Counted from the stretch's first letter, positions 54,807-64,000 are shown. The stretch: DNA of 64,000 bases from Bacteroidota bacterium (GCA_021323165.1 JAJTCJ010000005.1:3056-67055); one strand, 5' to 3'. Notes: generated by a model from the sequence alone, not told the origin. Numbers and translations: made by a program.

Positions 54807-55937
54807 CTACTTCATAAACTTAAATTCTGTCCGTCTGTTAAGACGATGCTCTGCCTCAGAGCAATCTACATTATTCGAGCATCGATTTTTTAGTTGGGTT
54901 TCTCCAAATCCTTTTGATGTCAATCGTGACTTATCTACACCTTTTGAAATAAAGTAATCCATCACCTTTTGTGCTCTGTCTTGTGAAAGCTTCATATTAG
55001 AAGCATCATCTCCTCGTGCATCAGTGTGGCTATTGATAATCAATTTCAATGATTTATTGGTAGCCATTGAAGCTATTATTTTATCAAGTTTGGGAATAGA
55101 AGCTTCTTTAATTTCTGATGAGCCCGCACTATAATAAATATCCTGATCAACAATTAATTCGGCCTTAGATGAAGCAGCAAAATCTTTAATGGCCAATACA
55201 GGATCCACTTCGTTTTCTTTTGCTAAGGACACCAGTTCGGCAGGTAATAATTCATAAACGAATGAATTACCTGCTTTCTTGAATTGCTTAATAATAGTCC
55301 CATCCGTTTTTGCCATGTACAATTTAGCTCCCTTTAACAGCGAATTATATATCGCAACCTTTTCTTTGTACTCTTCCATTGCCGGTTTAAAATCCTTCTC
55401 CTCCAGCACGGGATACACCACCATGGAAACTTTCTTATCCTTTCTTTCCAGAATCATTTCATAATTTCCATTCTTAGGTCCGGGCACGATCTTCACTGAA
55501 TTCCACTGAATAGTGTAATATGATTTATCAAAATTTGTGTTTTCAGAACCTACATCGAAAATAGTTCCTTTGTATGTAGAAAGCTCAGGGAATTCAGCGG
55601 CAGAGAAGTCGATATTAAAACTGTGTTTAGCTGTATCATGCAACATTGGCTTAGTAAGGAGAAGTGAATCGACAGATATCTCCATCTTATAGGTTACGTT
55701 CACATCCAAGCCTTTAAATTCAAAATCACCATACTTATCTGTTGTGGCGTTGAAAGTTTTTGAACTTAAAGGATCTTTCAAAACTACTTTCTGGTTTTTC
55801 AGAGGCTGTTTCTTTTCTCCGTAAAGTAATTTCCGTGCATAATTAACCGGAGAGGATTTAACAGGAGTAATTTTTTTCTCCTGACCATACGATGACAATG
55901 AGAAAATGATTAATAATAAAATTGTTATTTTTTTCAT
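54807..55937 (-). CDS. OmpA-family protein (N-terminal carboxypeptidase-regulatory-like domain, C-terminal OmpA peptidoglycan-binding domain)
   Basis: C-terminal INSHTDARGDDASNMKLSQDRAQKVMDYFISKGV...NRRTEFKF. Signal peptide. Confidence 0.85.
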   Translation of the reverse strand: MKKITILLLIIFSLSSYGQEKKITPVKSSPVNYARKLLYGEKKQPLKNQKVVLKDPLSSKTFNATTDKYGDFEFKGLDVNVTYKMEISVDSLLLTKPMLHDTAKHSFNIDFSAAEFPELSTYKGTIFDVGSENTNFDKSYYTIQWNSVKIVPGPKNGNYEMILERKDKKVSMVVYPVLEEKDFKPAMEEYKEKVAIYNSLLKGAKLYMAKTDGTIIKQFKKAGNSFVYELLPAELVSLAKENEVDPVLAIKDFAASSKAELIVDQDIYYSAGSSEIKEASIPKLDKIIASMATNKSLKLIINSHTDARGDDASNMKLSQDRAQKVMDYFISKGVDKSRLTSKGFGETQLKNRCSNNVDCSEAEHRLNRRTEFKFMK

Positions 55938-55967
55938 GTATCTTATATTTAATAATAAATCAATTAT

Positions 55968-57467
55968 CTATTTCTTATTTAATGATTGTATAATAGCTCT
56001 GAAACTCTCCAAGCCCGCTTCCAAATTCTCTACAATATCATTTGCCAATACATCAGGATCAGGAAGGTTATCTAAATCCGCTAATGACTTATCCTTTAAC
56101 CAGGTAATATCCAATGATGTTTTATCTCTTGCAATGATCTCCTCATATTTAAACTTTCTCCAGCGACCTTCAGGATTTGTTTTCTCATTGTAGGTTTCCT
56201 TACGCTTGTTACGATTCTTTGGGTTGTAAAGCGTAATGAAATCCTTCAGATCTTCCAGCTTTAATGGATTCTTCTTTAATGTGTGGTGAATGTTGGTGCG
56301 GTAATCATATACCCAGACTTCCTTGGTCCATGGGTTTTTACTGGATGGCTTTCCATCAAAGAAAAGCACATTTGCTTTTACTCCATTGGCATAGAAAATA
56401 CCGGTAGGCAAACGAAGGATAGTATGCAGGTCCGTTGTTTCCAAAAGCTTCTTGCGGACAGTTTCACCAACCCCACCTTCAAACAAAACATTATCCGGTA
56501 ATACAACCGCTGCCATACCGGTTGACTTTAACATGGTGCGGATATGTTGCACAAAGTTCAATTGCTTGTTGCTGGTAGTTACCCAGAAATCCTGCCTGTT
56601 ATAAGTAAGGTCTTCTTTCTCCTGCTCTCCTTCTTCATTGGTGAAGGTCATGCTGCTCTTTTTACCGAAAGGCGGATTAGCAAGCACATAATCATAGCGG
56701 GTACCGGAATCTGTTATAAGGGAATCATTTGGAGAGATGAAATTATCTGAATCTATATCTCCAATGTTATGAAGGAATAAGTTCATTAAAGCCAAACGCC
56801 TGGTGCTGGCAACTATCTCATTTCCAAAGAAGGTTTCATATTTTAAGAATTTCTTGGCTTCTTTATCCAGATCCTGGTTTTCTGTGATCCAGTCATAAGC
56901 AGCTAAAAAGAAACCGCCTGTACCGCATGCAGGGTCTGCAATGGTTTTCATTGGTTCAGGGCGGATACATTCTACCATTGCTTTAATTAAAGGACGCGGA
57001 GTAAAGTATTGTCCTGCTCCACTCTTGGTATCTTCTGCATTCTTTTCTAAAAGGCCTTCATAAATATCCCCTTTATCTTTTACCCCCATTAAGATCCAGT
57101 TCTCTGCATTGATAAGCGCAATAAGCTTATATAATTTCGCGGGATCCTGAATTTCATTCCTGCTTTTTAAAAAGATCTGACCGAGAATTCCTTTTTCCTT
57201 AGCAAGCTCACGTAACATTTCATTATAATGGGTTTCAAGCTCTGAACCGCTTTTACCTAATAATGTTTCCCATGTATATTTTTTAGGGATTGGCATTTTA
57301 CGGTTATGCGGTGGCTTGCTGTATTCATCTGCCATTTTTAAAAACAGCAGATAAGTTAATTGCTGAAGGTATTCTCCGTAACCTACACCATCATCACGGA
57401 GTGTTTGGCAGAAAGCCCAGACTTTGCTTACTATACTGGAAGTGTTTGCTGAATTATTGTTGCTCAT
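55968..57467 (-). CDS. hsdM: Type I restriction-modification system, DNA methyltransferase subunit M
   Basis: HsdM N-terminal domain, motif I DPACGTGGFF, motif IV NPPFG (VLANPPFGKKS). Confidence 0.92.
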   Translation of the reverse strand: MSNNNSANTSSIVSKVWAFCQTLRDDGVGYGEYLQQLTYLLFLKMADEYSKPPHNRKMPIPKKYTWETLLGKSGSELETHYNEMLRELAKEKGILGQIFLKSRNEIQDPAKLYKLIALINAENWILMGVKDKGDIYEGLLEKNAEDTKSGAGQYFTPRPLIKAMVECIRPEPMKTIADPACGTGGFFLAAYDWITENQDLDKEAKKFLKYETFFGNEIVASTRRLALMNLFLHNIGDIDSDNFISPNDSLITDSGTRYDYVLANPPFGKKSSMTFTNEEGEQEKEDLTYNRQDFWVTTSNKQLNFVQHIRTMLKSTGMAAVVLPDNVLFEGGVGETVRKKLLETTDLHTILRLPTGIFYANGVKANVLFFDGKPSSKNPWTKEVWVYDYRTNIHHTLKKNPLKLEDLKDFITLYNPKNRNKRKETYNEKTNPEGRWRKFKYEEIIARDKTSLDITWLKDKSLADLDNLPDPDVLANDIVENLEAGLESFRAIIQSLNKK

Positions 57468-57469
57468 TT

Positions 57470-58087
57470 TTATTTAAATTTCAATATATTTAATATTCGC
57501 TCCCTAATCATTTGACGTTGTCGATAATTCGACAATTTATTTTCAAACATAACTTGCTTCGCCCTCGCAAGCGTATGAGCTTCGGAATCTAACTCAAATA
57601 AACTAATTGAATAGGTTGCTTCGTTTGTAACAGCTGAAATAAGAATTTTATATTTCCCTTTTGACCAATTATAATGATTTTGGGGATTATCATTATATGG
57701 ATGCACAATTTTAAAAATACAATTATCATAATTTGCAAGATCAACGTGCGATAAAACATCATCCTGCCCTTTTTTAGATGAACTATTGCAATATTGGCAT
57801 GCAATCGCTAAATTTTTGGGAGTAAAAATAAATGCTGTATAAGCAGGACGTTTAGGCCCCCCCTTTTTTGCAATGTGGTCTACTTCTGCTCTTCCACCTT
57901 CATTAACTTTTAAACCACAGTAGCAACAGTTGTTATTCTGAATAGCCAATAATTGATTATGAATTGCTGTTTTTATAACGGCCACGTCTTTTCTATCCCA
58001 AGCTCCAGGTCTCAAAGGCATAAGAGATTGTAGAAATAATTCTTGTGCTGGTAAAAGGCTATATGTGTTAGGTATTTGATTAATCAT
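57470..58087 (-). CDS. HNH-family endonuclease (PtuB-like, Septu-type partner)
   Basis: CCYCG...EVDHIAKKG...NLAIACQYCNSSSKKG gives a CxxC / DH / N / CxxC HNH layout. The start overlaps the upstream ATPase stop (ATGA at 58087-58084). Confidence 0.7.
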   Translation of the reverse strand: MINQIPNTYSLLPAQELFLQSLMPLRPGAWDRKDVAVIKTAIHNQLLAIQNNNCCYCGLKVNEGGRAEVDHIAKKGGPKRPAYTAFIFTPKNLAIACQYCNSSSKKGQDDVLSHVDLANYDNCIFKIVHPYNDNPQNHYNWSKGKYKILISAVTNEATYSISLFELDSEAHTLARAKQVMFENKLSNYRQRQMIRERILNILKFK

Positions 58088-59670
58088 ATTGTTTTAAGAT
58101 ATGCATTCGCTTCTTCAATAACTGCATTTAAAGGATCATTGGAAGAAATATCTATTGCTTTAATTGTTTCTAATAATTTTTCAATTTGAGTCTTTTCTTT
58201 AGAATTTTCTGAAATTAAACCTAACAAATCTGTTAAATCTGCTTCTAAATAATAATTTCTAACGGTTTTCAATTTAAAAACATTATAAAGAACTTCTTCT
58301 GCCGACCATCCAAAAGTATCCTGACCTTCTAGAAGCTTTGCTCCAAGCTGCCCATTTTCATTGTTTCTAGATAAAGCGGTTACTGAGGAACTATCTCCTT
58401 CTAAGTCAGAAACTAAAAAATGAGAATGAGTTGTAAGAATGAAATGACAGCTAGAAAATTTTGAAAACACTTTTTTTAAAAAAGAAACATACTTCATTTG
58501 CCAATTAGGATGCAAGCTAATTTCTGGTTCATCGATGAGTATTAAACTGTTATCCGAAATATTCGCAAACATTCCAATAAGTGAAATCAAAAGGTGATAT
58601 TCGCCTGAGCTTATTTCATTAATTGAAAGATTGGAAATACTTTTTTGAACTTTTATTCCATTAAGGTTAATAATATCTAGATTCTCTAAATGACCAATCA
58701 TTTTTAAATCATATGCTGAAATATTATTGGAAAAGAGGTCTATTGATAATATTTTAGAGGATGATTTTGCCTTATGTTGCAAATACCGGTTGTCAGCAGA
58801 GATTTTATTTAAATAAGCTACAAGTTCAACGGTTAAAGATTCGTTTTCCTTAAAATTATTATTATAATATGGTATGCTCCATAAAGGATTTTCCTTTTTA
58901 CGATTTGTGAAAGTAAATTTTTCATCCCACCATTCCTCAAAATATTTTTTAAAATCCTCTACTTTAAGTGTGTTTGCAAAAAACAACTTATTTATTTTTG
59001 TAGTATACTCAACTTTAAAGCTTTCTTCAAATCCTAAAAAAATCAATAATTCTTTTAGACTACCGTCAAAATCAATACTTTCATTGGAAGCATTAAATAA
59101 GTGTTTAATAGTTCTCTTTACAGATGATTTTGTACTTGTTGAGCTAGAAGTGCTTCTAGCACCAAGATATTGATAGAAATCATCAGGTTTTGTGTCTTTA
59201 TAAACAAACCTATCAGTATGTAAAATAGAATTAACTAAAACTTTTTCAGGGTATTCCAATTCATTGGATAATGATTCAAATCCCGTAATTATTTCAAAAC
59301 CTTTTGAGTCAAAGAATATTTTTTCTTCAGGTCTATTTTTATAAAAAAGGTATTCTCTTCTTTTGTTTTTATCAAGCACCTTCAATTTACGAGTAACGAT
59401 TTCATATGTATTATGATAATACTGATATCTTAAATGAATATCAAATGGAAGATTAAACTCTTTTTGATCAGTTCTAGAAAATTCTTTAAATTGTCTGAAA
59501 ATTTCAGCTATTGTACGCAAAATAAAACTCTTACCTGTTCCATTGGGACCAATTATTACAGAAGTGTAAGGCTTAATGACATTTTTAATTTCATTTGCTT
59601 CAGAAAGTAATAAGTCAATATCTCCAAGTTGTGGATGTCCTTTTAATTTAAGATATTCAATTCTAAACAT
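58084..59670 (-). CDS. ABC/SMC-like AAA ATPase (PtuA-like, Septu-type partner)
   Basis: Walker A GPNGTGKS, signature-like SSGEYHLL, Walker B LILIDEPEISLHP, H-loop TTHSHF, with a long helical insert between the lobes. Confidence 0.7.
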   Translation of the reverse strand: MFRIEYLKLKGHPQLGDIDLLLSEANEIKNVIKPYTSVIIGPNGTGKSFILRTIAEIFRQFKEFSRTDQKEFNLPFDIHLRYQYYHNTYEIVTRKLKVLDKNKRREYLFYKNRPEEKIFFDSKGFEIITGFESLSNELEYPEKVLVNSILHTDRFVYKDTKPDDFYQYLGARSTSSSTSTKSSVKRTIKHLFNASNESIDFDGSLKELLIFLGFEESFKVEYTTKINKLFFANTLKVEDFKKYFEEWWDEKFTFTNRKKENPLWSIPYYNNNFKENESLTVELVAYLNKISADNRYLQHKAKSSSKILSIDLFSNNISAYDLKMIGHLENLDIINLNGIKVQKSISNLSINEISSGEYHLLISLIGMFANISDNSLILIDEPEISLHPNWQMKYVSFLKKVFSKFSSCHFILTTHSHFLVSDLEGDSSSVTALSRNNENGQLGAKLLEGQDTFGWSAEEVLYNVFKLKTVRNYYLEADLTDLLGLISENSKEKTQIEKLLETIKAIDISSNDPLNAVIEEANAYLKTI

Positions 59671-59698
59671 TAGTATTTTTAATATTAAGTTTATATTT

Positions 59699-60889
59699 TT
59701 ATATTAGCTTCCCTTCAAACGCCTTTTTTAAAATACTCTGCCTTAAAGCTTCAGCTTGTTTTAAACTATCATTTATACTTTCTTCCATTTTATCTGCTAC
59801 ACTTAAACGATTCTCGATTTCTTGAACAATTAATTTTTGTTCTTCCATTTTTGGAAGCGGAATATTTACGTTAGAAACGTCAGTTTGATTAATACTAGCT
59901 TGGTTAACAGCTTGTTTTGCATTTTTCCTTAATTCTTTCAAACCCCTTTGAGAAGAAAGATAGATCGCAACATATTCTGGGAAAGCCATTTTTAAATCAA
60001 CTTTTACCTTCATAATATTACTCTCAAAAACAGTTCTCTCTTTTAAGTGTTTAACAATTCCACATTTTCCCAGATATGGCATACTATTCACTCTATTAAC
60101 TAAAATATCTCCTTCTACAATTTCATATTTTTCTATTTCCTCTTTTGTTAATCTAACTCTCTTGTACTCGTAATCTGATAAAATAGCTCCCTCATAAAAC
60201 CCATCGATTCTTATAATTGGAGTGCCACTACCATATTCAGTCGATGCTTTATACAATCCATTTTGAGGAGTAGTTGAGAAAATCTCACCGAAACGTAAAA
60301 ATTTCCATGTTTCTGGCAATTCCACATCCTTCACATTCTCATTCGTCAACTTGCCTTCAAAAGCCCATTTCAAAACAGCTTGCCTATAAACCTTTAATTG
60401 CTGCTGTGCTGTTTTTAAATTTTTTATTCCTATATCTAACTCAGAAAAAAGTTCTTCGATTTTGGAAACGATAGCTAATTGAAAATTATCTTCGGGAACT
60501 GAAATCTCATAATCTGTAAAGTTTCCCATTCGGATATAATTCGTTGCTGATCCAAATTGTTTATCCTGATTCCTTTTTCTCCAATTACCTAACAAATGAT
60601 AGTATAAATACTTAGGATATATATTTATTTTATTTAAAACATAGGTTCTTTGATAAGCATCAAAATCCCCATTATAGTAAAAAACTTCTCCGACATTAGC
60701 TCCATTGCCAGGCAATATTATACATTCACCACTGAAGCGTTTTGTTTCACAATACATATATTCAAATGCGCAAGTATAAAAACGATACTTACCATTGGGC
60801 TTTTCGTGATTTGCATCGTATTTGCCAGTTTGTATATTGCATACATCAGAAAGCTTTAACAGCTTGAATCTAGTGAGTATATTCTTCAT
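59699..60889 (-). CDS. hsdS: Type I restriction-modification system, specificity subunit S (two TRDs)
   Basis: Two target-recognition halves are each followed by the conserved helical spacer (LKVYRQAVLKWAFEGKL and LRQSILKKAFEGKLI). Confidence 0.9.
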   Translation of the reverse strand: MKNILTRFKLLKLSDVCNIQTGKYDANHEKPNGKYRFYTCAFEYMYCETKRFSGECIILPGNGANVGEVFYYNGDFDAYQRTYVLNKINIYPKYLYYHLLGNWRKRNQDKQFGSATNYIRMGNFTDYEISVPEDNFQLAIVSKIEELFSELDIGIKNLKTAQQQLKVYRQAVLKWAFEGKLTNENVKDVELPETWKFLRFGEIFSTTPQNGLYKASTEYGSGTPIIRIDGFYEGAILSDYEYKRVRLTKEEIEKYEIVEGDILVNRVNSMPYLGKCGIVKHLKERTVFESNIMKVKVDLKMAFPEYVAIYLSSQRGLKELRKNAKQAVNQASINQTDVSNVNIPLPKMEEQKLIVQEIENRLSVADKMEESINDSLKQAEALRQSILKKAFEGKLI

Positions 60890-60894
60890 TTACA

Positions 60895-62664
60895 TTATAA
60901 CTTGGAAATTATTTTAGAGAAACGATCAAAGGTTTCTGCACTTAATTCAACCTTTTCTTTGGAAATAAATAACATTTGAACCGCCTTATTAAATTTTGTT
61001 TTATCAAATTTAATAGCAGTTTTATCAAATTTCTTAGTGATAATAAGACGTTCCTCGTCAGTAAATAACAATTCGGTTGGGAAGTTAAATGTCGAATCAA
61101 TATCTTTAAGAGTAAAGATCTTATCTTTCAACAAAACGCCAAACTCTTCCAAATACCTCTCCTTAGCTCTAATCCCGTGATCATCTCCATCCAATAGAAC
61201 TTTAAATTTTCTATTCCAAGCTAAATACAAGGCTATAACATCTCTGTTCTTATCAGCACCCATACCAGGATAAAAATTTATTATTTTGTCGCCTCCAATT
61301 ATAATTTCATGCAAATATCTCAACGTGTAATAATCATATTTCCCTTCAGTAATTACAATATCAGGTACTTTTTCTAACAATCCTGGTTGATATTCTATAC
61401 TATCCAAAATGGGTTGAAAATAAGTTTGTTGCTCAGGATACTTTGCCGCGAATTGATTATACTGCATCGCTTCAACTTCGGTTTTTCTAGAATCAAAACT
61501 CATTTCATCATTATAATCAAGGTTTTTGTTTCTTATTATATATGCTCCTGATAACCAATCTGGATTAATTAGATGATGACTATGTGTTGTATAAATAAGC
61601 TTACACTTATCAGCCAGTTTCTCAAACGTTTTTAATAGATTTTTTTGAGCAGTTGAATGAAGATTTGATGCAGGTTCGTCTAGTAAAAAAAGAATTTCTC
61701 CATTATCAGAGGATCTCATTTTTCGAAATTCGGTAAAAAGCAAAAAGGTGAAGAACCATTTAAAACCTAAACTTCTTTCAGCAATCTGAAATTGTTGTGC
61801 ACCTTCTTTTAATCGCACTTCTAAATAATATTTCGTTGGATCGCCTTTCTCAACATTCGGTTTTAAAATAATTTCTTTTCCTTTAGACTCAAACAGGGTT
61901 TCCCAAGCTTGAAATACAGTTTTAGAAACTTTTTCACTCATTAAATTAATAGTAGAATCTAACGCTTCTCTGACATCTTCACTCTCTACTTTCATGCGTT
62001 CAATTAGGTGACTTTTAATATTATAATTACCTCCCAAAGAATCCAAAATATCACTTATAACCTCTCGATATGTTTCTTGCTCTTCAGTTTCATCTGGATA
62101 TTTTTCTAAGTAAATCTTTGAAGGAAAATCAAATAAGAAGTCTGGATAATAAATTATTGGAGGAATTAAATTATTTTGAATATAATCGGTGATTTTGGCC
62201 CACTCCTCTGATTTATGGTTTAAAGTACCTTTCCTAGAAGTTCCAACTACTGATCCTTTGATTGTAAGTGCCCAAGTACTACTCGATTCAGCTTTATCAT
62301 AGACAGAATTTTTAAAACACTTAATACGTTCGATTTCAATCTCTCCTATTGTGTCTGTGATTAAAAAATTTATCGTTTTAGCATATAATTTAATTAATTT
62401 TTCATCCTTAGCATTTAATTTTAAAATTGCCTTTACAGTAACATTATCATTAAAGTTCGACTTGTGATTTTTAGGTATTAATTTATGACTATCTGCTTCA
62501 TTGGTATCATTTTCAAATAAATCAATTGCTTCTAAAATTGAAGTTTTTCCACTCTCGTTTAATCCAACTAATGTTAGTATTTTTGATTTGGGCTCTTTTT
62601 CAAGATCAATTGTAATATTTTTAATCCCTTTATAATTCTGAATAATAAATTTTGAGTAATGCAT
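60895..62664 (-). CDS. Single-polypeptide ABC-type ATPase fused to a TOPRIM-like nuclease domain (OLD-family / fused PARIS-like / orphan GajA-like)
   Basis: Walker A GLNESGKTS, SLGFKWFFTFLLF signature-region motif, Walker B ILFLLDEPASNLH, H-loop YTTHSHH. The C-terminal IVITEGKYDYY (TOPRIM Glu) and LLDGDDHG (DxD) follow. Confidence 0.65.
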   Translation of the reverse strand: MHYSKFIIQNYKGIKNITIDLEKEPKSKILTLVGLNESGKTSILEAIDLFENDTNEADSHKLIPKNHKSNFNDNVTVKAILKLNAKDEKLIKLYAKTINFLITDTIGEIEIERIKCFKNSVYDKAESSSTWALTIKGSVVGTSRKGTLNHKSEEWAKITDYIQNNLIPPIIYYPDFLFDFPSKIYLEKYPDETEEQETYREVISDILDSLGGNYNIKSHLIERMKVESEDVREALDSTINLMSEKVSKTVFQAWETLFESKGKEIILKPNVEKGDPTKYYLEVRLKEGAQQFQIAERSLGFKWFFTFLLFTEFRKMRSSDNGEILFLLDEPASNLHSTAQKNLLKTFEKLADKCKLIYTTHSHHLINPDWLSGAYIIRNKNLDYNDEMSFDSRKTEVEAMQYNQFAAKYPEQQTYFQPILDSIEYQPGLLEKVPDIVITEGKYDYYTLRYLHEIIIGGDKIINFYPGMGADKNRDVIALYLAWNRKFKVLLDGDDHGIRAKERYLEEFGVLLKDKIFTLKDIDSTFNFPTELLFTDEERLIITKKFDKTAIKFDKTKFNKAVQMLFISKEKVELSAETFDRFSKIISKL

Positions 62665-62680
62665 AATTTAAATTTTTCAT

Positions 62681-64000
62681 TTACGCTGCTAACACTTCAT
62701 TTAACTCATTAATAATTTCATCTGTTTGTTCACCAAACAAAGACCAGATCTTGCTTAAACCACCATTTTTATTAAAAGGATCAAGATCAAAATCATCTTT
62801 CTCAAGGTGGAAGCTGCTGGCGATGTAATCCTTCATCATACGGAGCCATTGCATTTGTTCCTCGGAAAACTTTATAGTATTTCCTTGCTGCTTTTTCCAA
62901 ACCCAGTCAGCAAAATTTGTATCCACTGTTTTATCGTAAGATGTTAATGTACTGTCAATACCGCTTACTCTTCTTATCAGTGAAACCAAAGCTATCAGTT
63001 CATTCTTTGCTGAACCGTTTGTTTTCTCCAATTGTTCATAAGCCCGCCATACATTCATTGGAGCAAGTAAAGGCTTTTCAGTCTTTAACTTTTCGCAAAG
63101 GTCTTTGATCATTTTATAGGAGAACCCTCTTCTTCTATAGGGTTGCCCGTAAAAGATCTGCAAGGCTGTAATTTCATCCTTGTTGTTTTCAATCCAAGCC
63201 TTAAAATCAGTAATTGTATTTGTGGCGGAAGCAGCCTGGTCTTTTACCCAGCCTATTTTAGTTACTGTATCCATATTAACTACATCAATCACCTGGTCGT
63301 ACTTCTTGCGGATGTCAACAATAAAATCACGCAGTTCAGGATTATGAAATACTGCAACAGCATTTTCAATTAATTTAGCATGTTCTTTTTTTATTGCCGC
63401 TTCTTTCTCAACCGGTGCAGCCCCGGGCATAGAACTTTGAACCTGAAACTTTAAACCTTCTAAAGAATCAGGGTCATACGCATTCAACAATTGCTTTACA
63501 ATATGATTGATCGTAAATCCATTCGCCTGTTCAGAGAATCTTGTTTTGTCTTTTTCGGAGAGTTGCCTTTCCAAACGGATCAAACGGTTAGCAAGGGTAG
63601 TAAGCATATCCTCAGAAGTATTACCCATTGCAACATGCTGCAATACATCTTTCAATGAAACACCCGGAGCTTTTTCCAGGGGACGGCTGTCGGTTTTCTG
63701 TGAGCTTTCCACACCTATCGCATCAATGATCACAAAATGATCCTTGCTGAATTTAGCGGAAGGTGTTCCTTTGGCTTTTAATTCTTCCACAGAACATGTT
63801 CTCGTTCCGCGTCCTTTCATTTGCTCATAATAACTGCGGCTTTTAACATCACGCATAAAGAGCAATACTTCCAGCGGACGAATATCCGTTCCGGTTGCGA
63901 TCATGTCAACCGTTACTGCTATACGAGGATAATAATCATTACGGAATTGCTGAAGCACAGATTTTGGATCTTCTTCACTTCGGTAGGTGATCTTTTTGCA
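62681..64000 (-). CDS. hsdR: Type I restriction enzyme, R subunit, C-terminal part (gene continues beyond the right edge)
   Basis: The frame stays open from 63958 to 64000 (…CKKITYRSEEDPKSVLQQFRN). Helicase motifs VTVDMIATGTDI and QMKGRGTR. C-terminal HsdR helical domain. Confidence 0.9.
   Translation of the reverse strand, partial: CKKITYRSEEDPKSVLQQFRNDYYPRIAVTVDMIATGTDIRPLEVLLFMRDVKSRSYYEQMKGRGTRTCSVEELKAKGTPSAKFSKDHFVIIDAIGVESSQKTDSRPLEKAPGVSLKDVLQHVAMGNTSEDMLTTLANRLIRLERQLSEKDKTRFSEQANGFTINHIVKQLLNAYDPDSLEGLKFQVQSSMPGAAPVEKEAAIKKEHAKLIENAVAVFHNPELRDFIVDIRKKYDQVIDVVNMDTVTKIGWVKDQAASATNTITDFKAWIENNKDEITALQIFYGQPYRRRGFSYKMIKDLCEKLKTEKPLLAPMNVWRAYEQLEKTNGSAKNELIALVSLIRRVSGIDSTLTSYDKTVDTNFADWVWKKQQGNTIKFSEEQMQWLRMMKDYIASSFHLEKDDFDLDPFNKNGGLSKIWSLFGEQTDEIINELNEVLAA

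Noticed and set aside
1-64000. Search for integrase, transposase, IS ends, prophage or conjugation genes to support mobile-element calls
   Set aside because: No translation in the ORF track shows recombinase, transposase, capsid, terminase or relaxase motifs. No mobile_element feature is reported, only att-like and repeat evidence.

Overview
This 64-kb window looks like a Bacteroidota chromosome segment. The evidence is type A and type B T9SS C-terminal sorting domains on many secreted proteins, a PorP/SprF gene, and TTG / TAnnTTTG-type promoter boxes. All calls rest on reading the ORF translations and the DNA by eye; no searches were run.

Content from left to right:
- a 1754-aa MBG/YDG-repeat T9SS adhesin
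- tRNA-Gly(GCC) and tRNA-Leu(UAA)
- an ~8.6-kb block holding two S41-like peptidases, a GNAT, an ABM protein and a BlaI/BlaR1-like pair; it is bounded on the right by a degenerate copy of the tRNA-Leu 3' half
- a TPR/GT-C-like membrane protein
- an FG-GAP T9SS protein
- a split histidine kinase plus a receiver protein
- a ClC channel
- a trehalose operon (small TM peptide, GH37 trehalase, OtsA-OtsB fusion), divergent from a Crp/Fnr regulator and sharing TTGACAATTGTCAA palindromes with it
- a second Crp/Fnr regulator with an MFS-rhodanese-DsrE operon
- a DUF3494 ice-binding lipoprotein
- a 570-bp ORF-free locus with two diverged inverted copies of a structured element
- LuxR, DUF4199 and VOC genes
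- a 3191-aa type-B-CTD giant protein followed by PorP/SprF
- several beta-propeller T9SS cargo genes
- a SecD-head-like lipoprotein and an OmpA-family protein
- at the right edge, a Type I R-M operon (hsdR-hsdS-hsdM, minus strand) interrupted by an ATPase-TOPRIM fusion gene and by a Septu-like ATPase+HNH pair

The three strongest leads are the nested defence operon, the covarying inverted structured element at 33.3-33.9 kb, and the integrase-less block flanked by the tRNA-Leu repeat. I saw no rRNA, CRISPR array, transposase or integrase.
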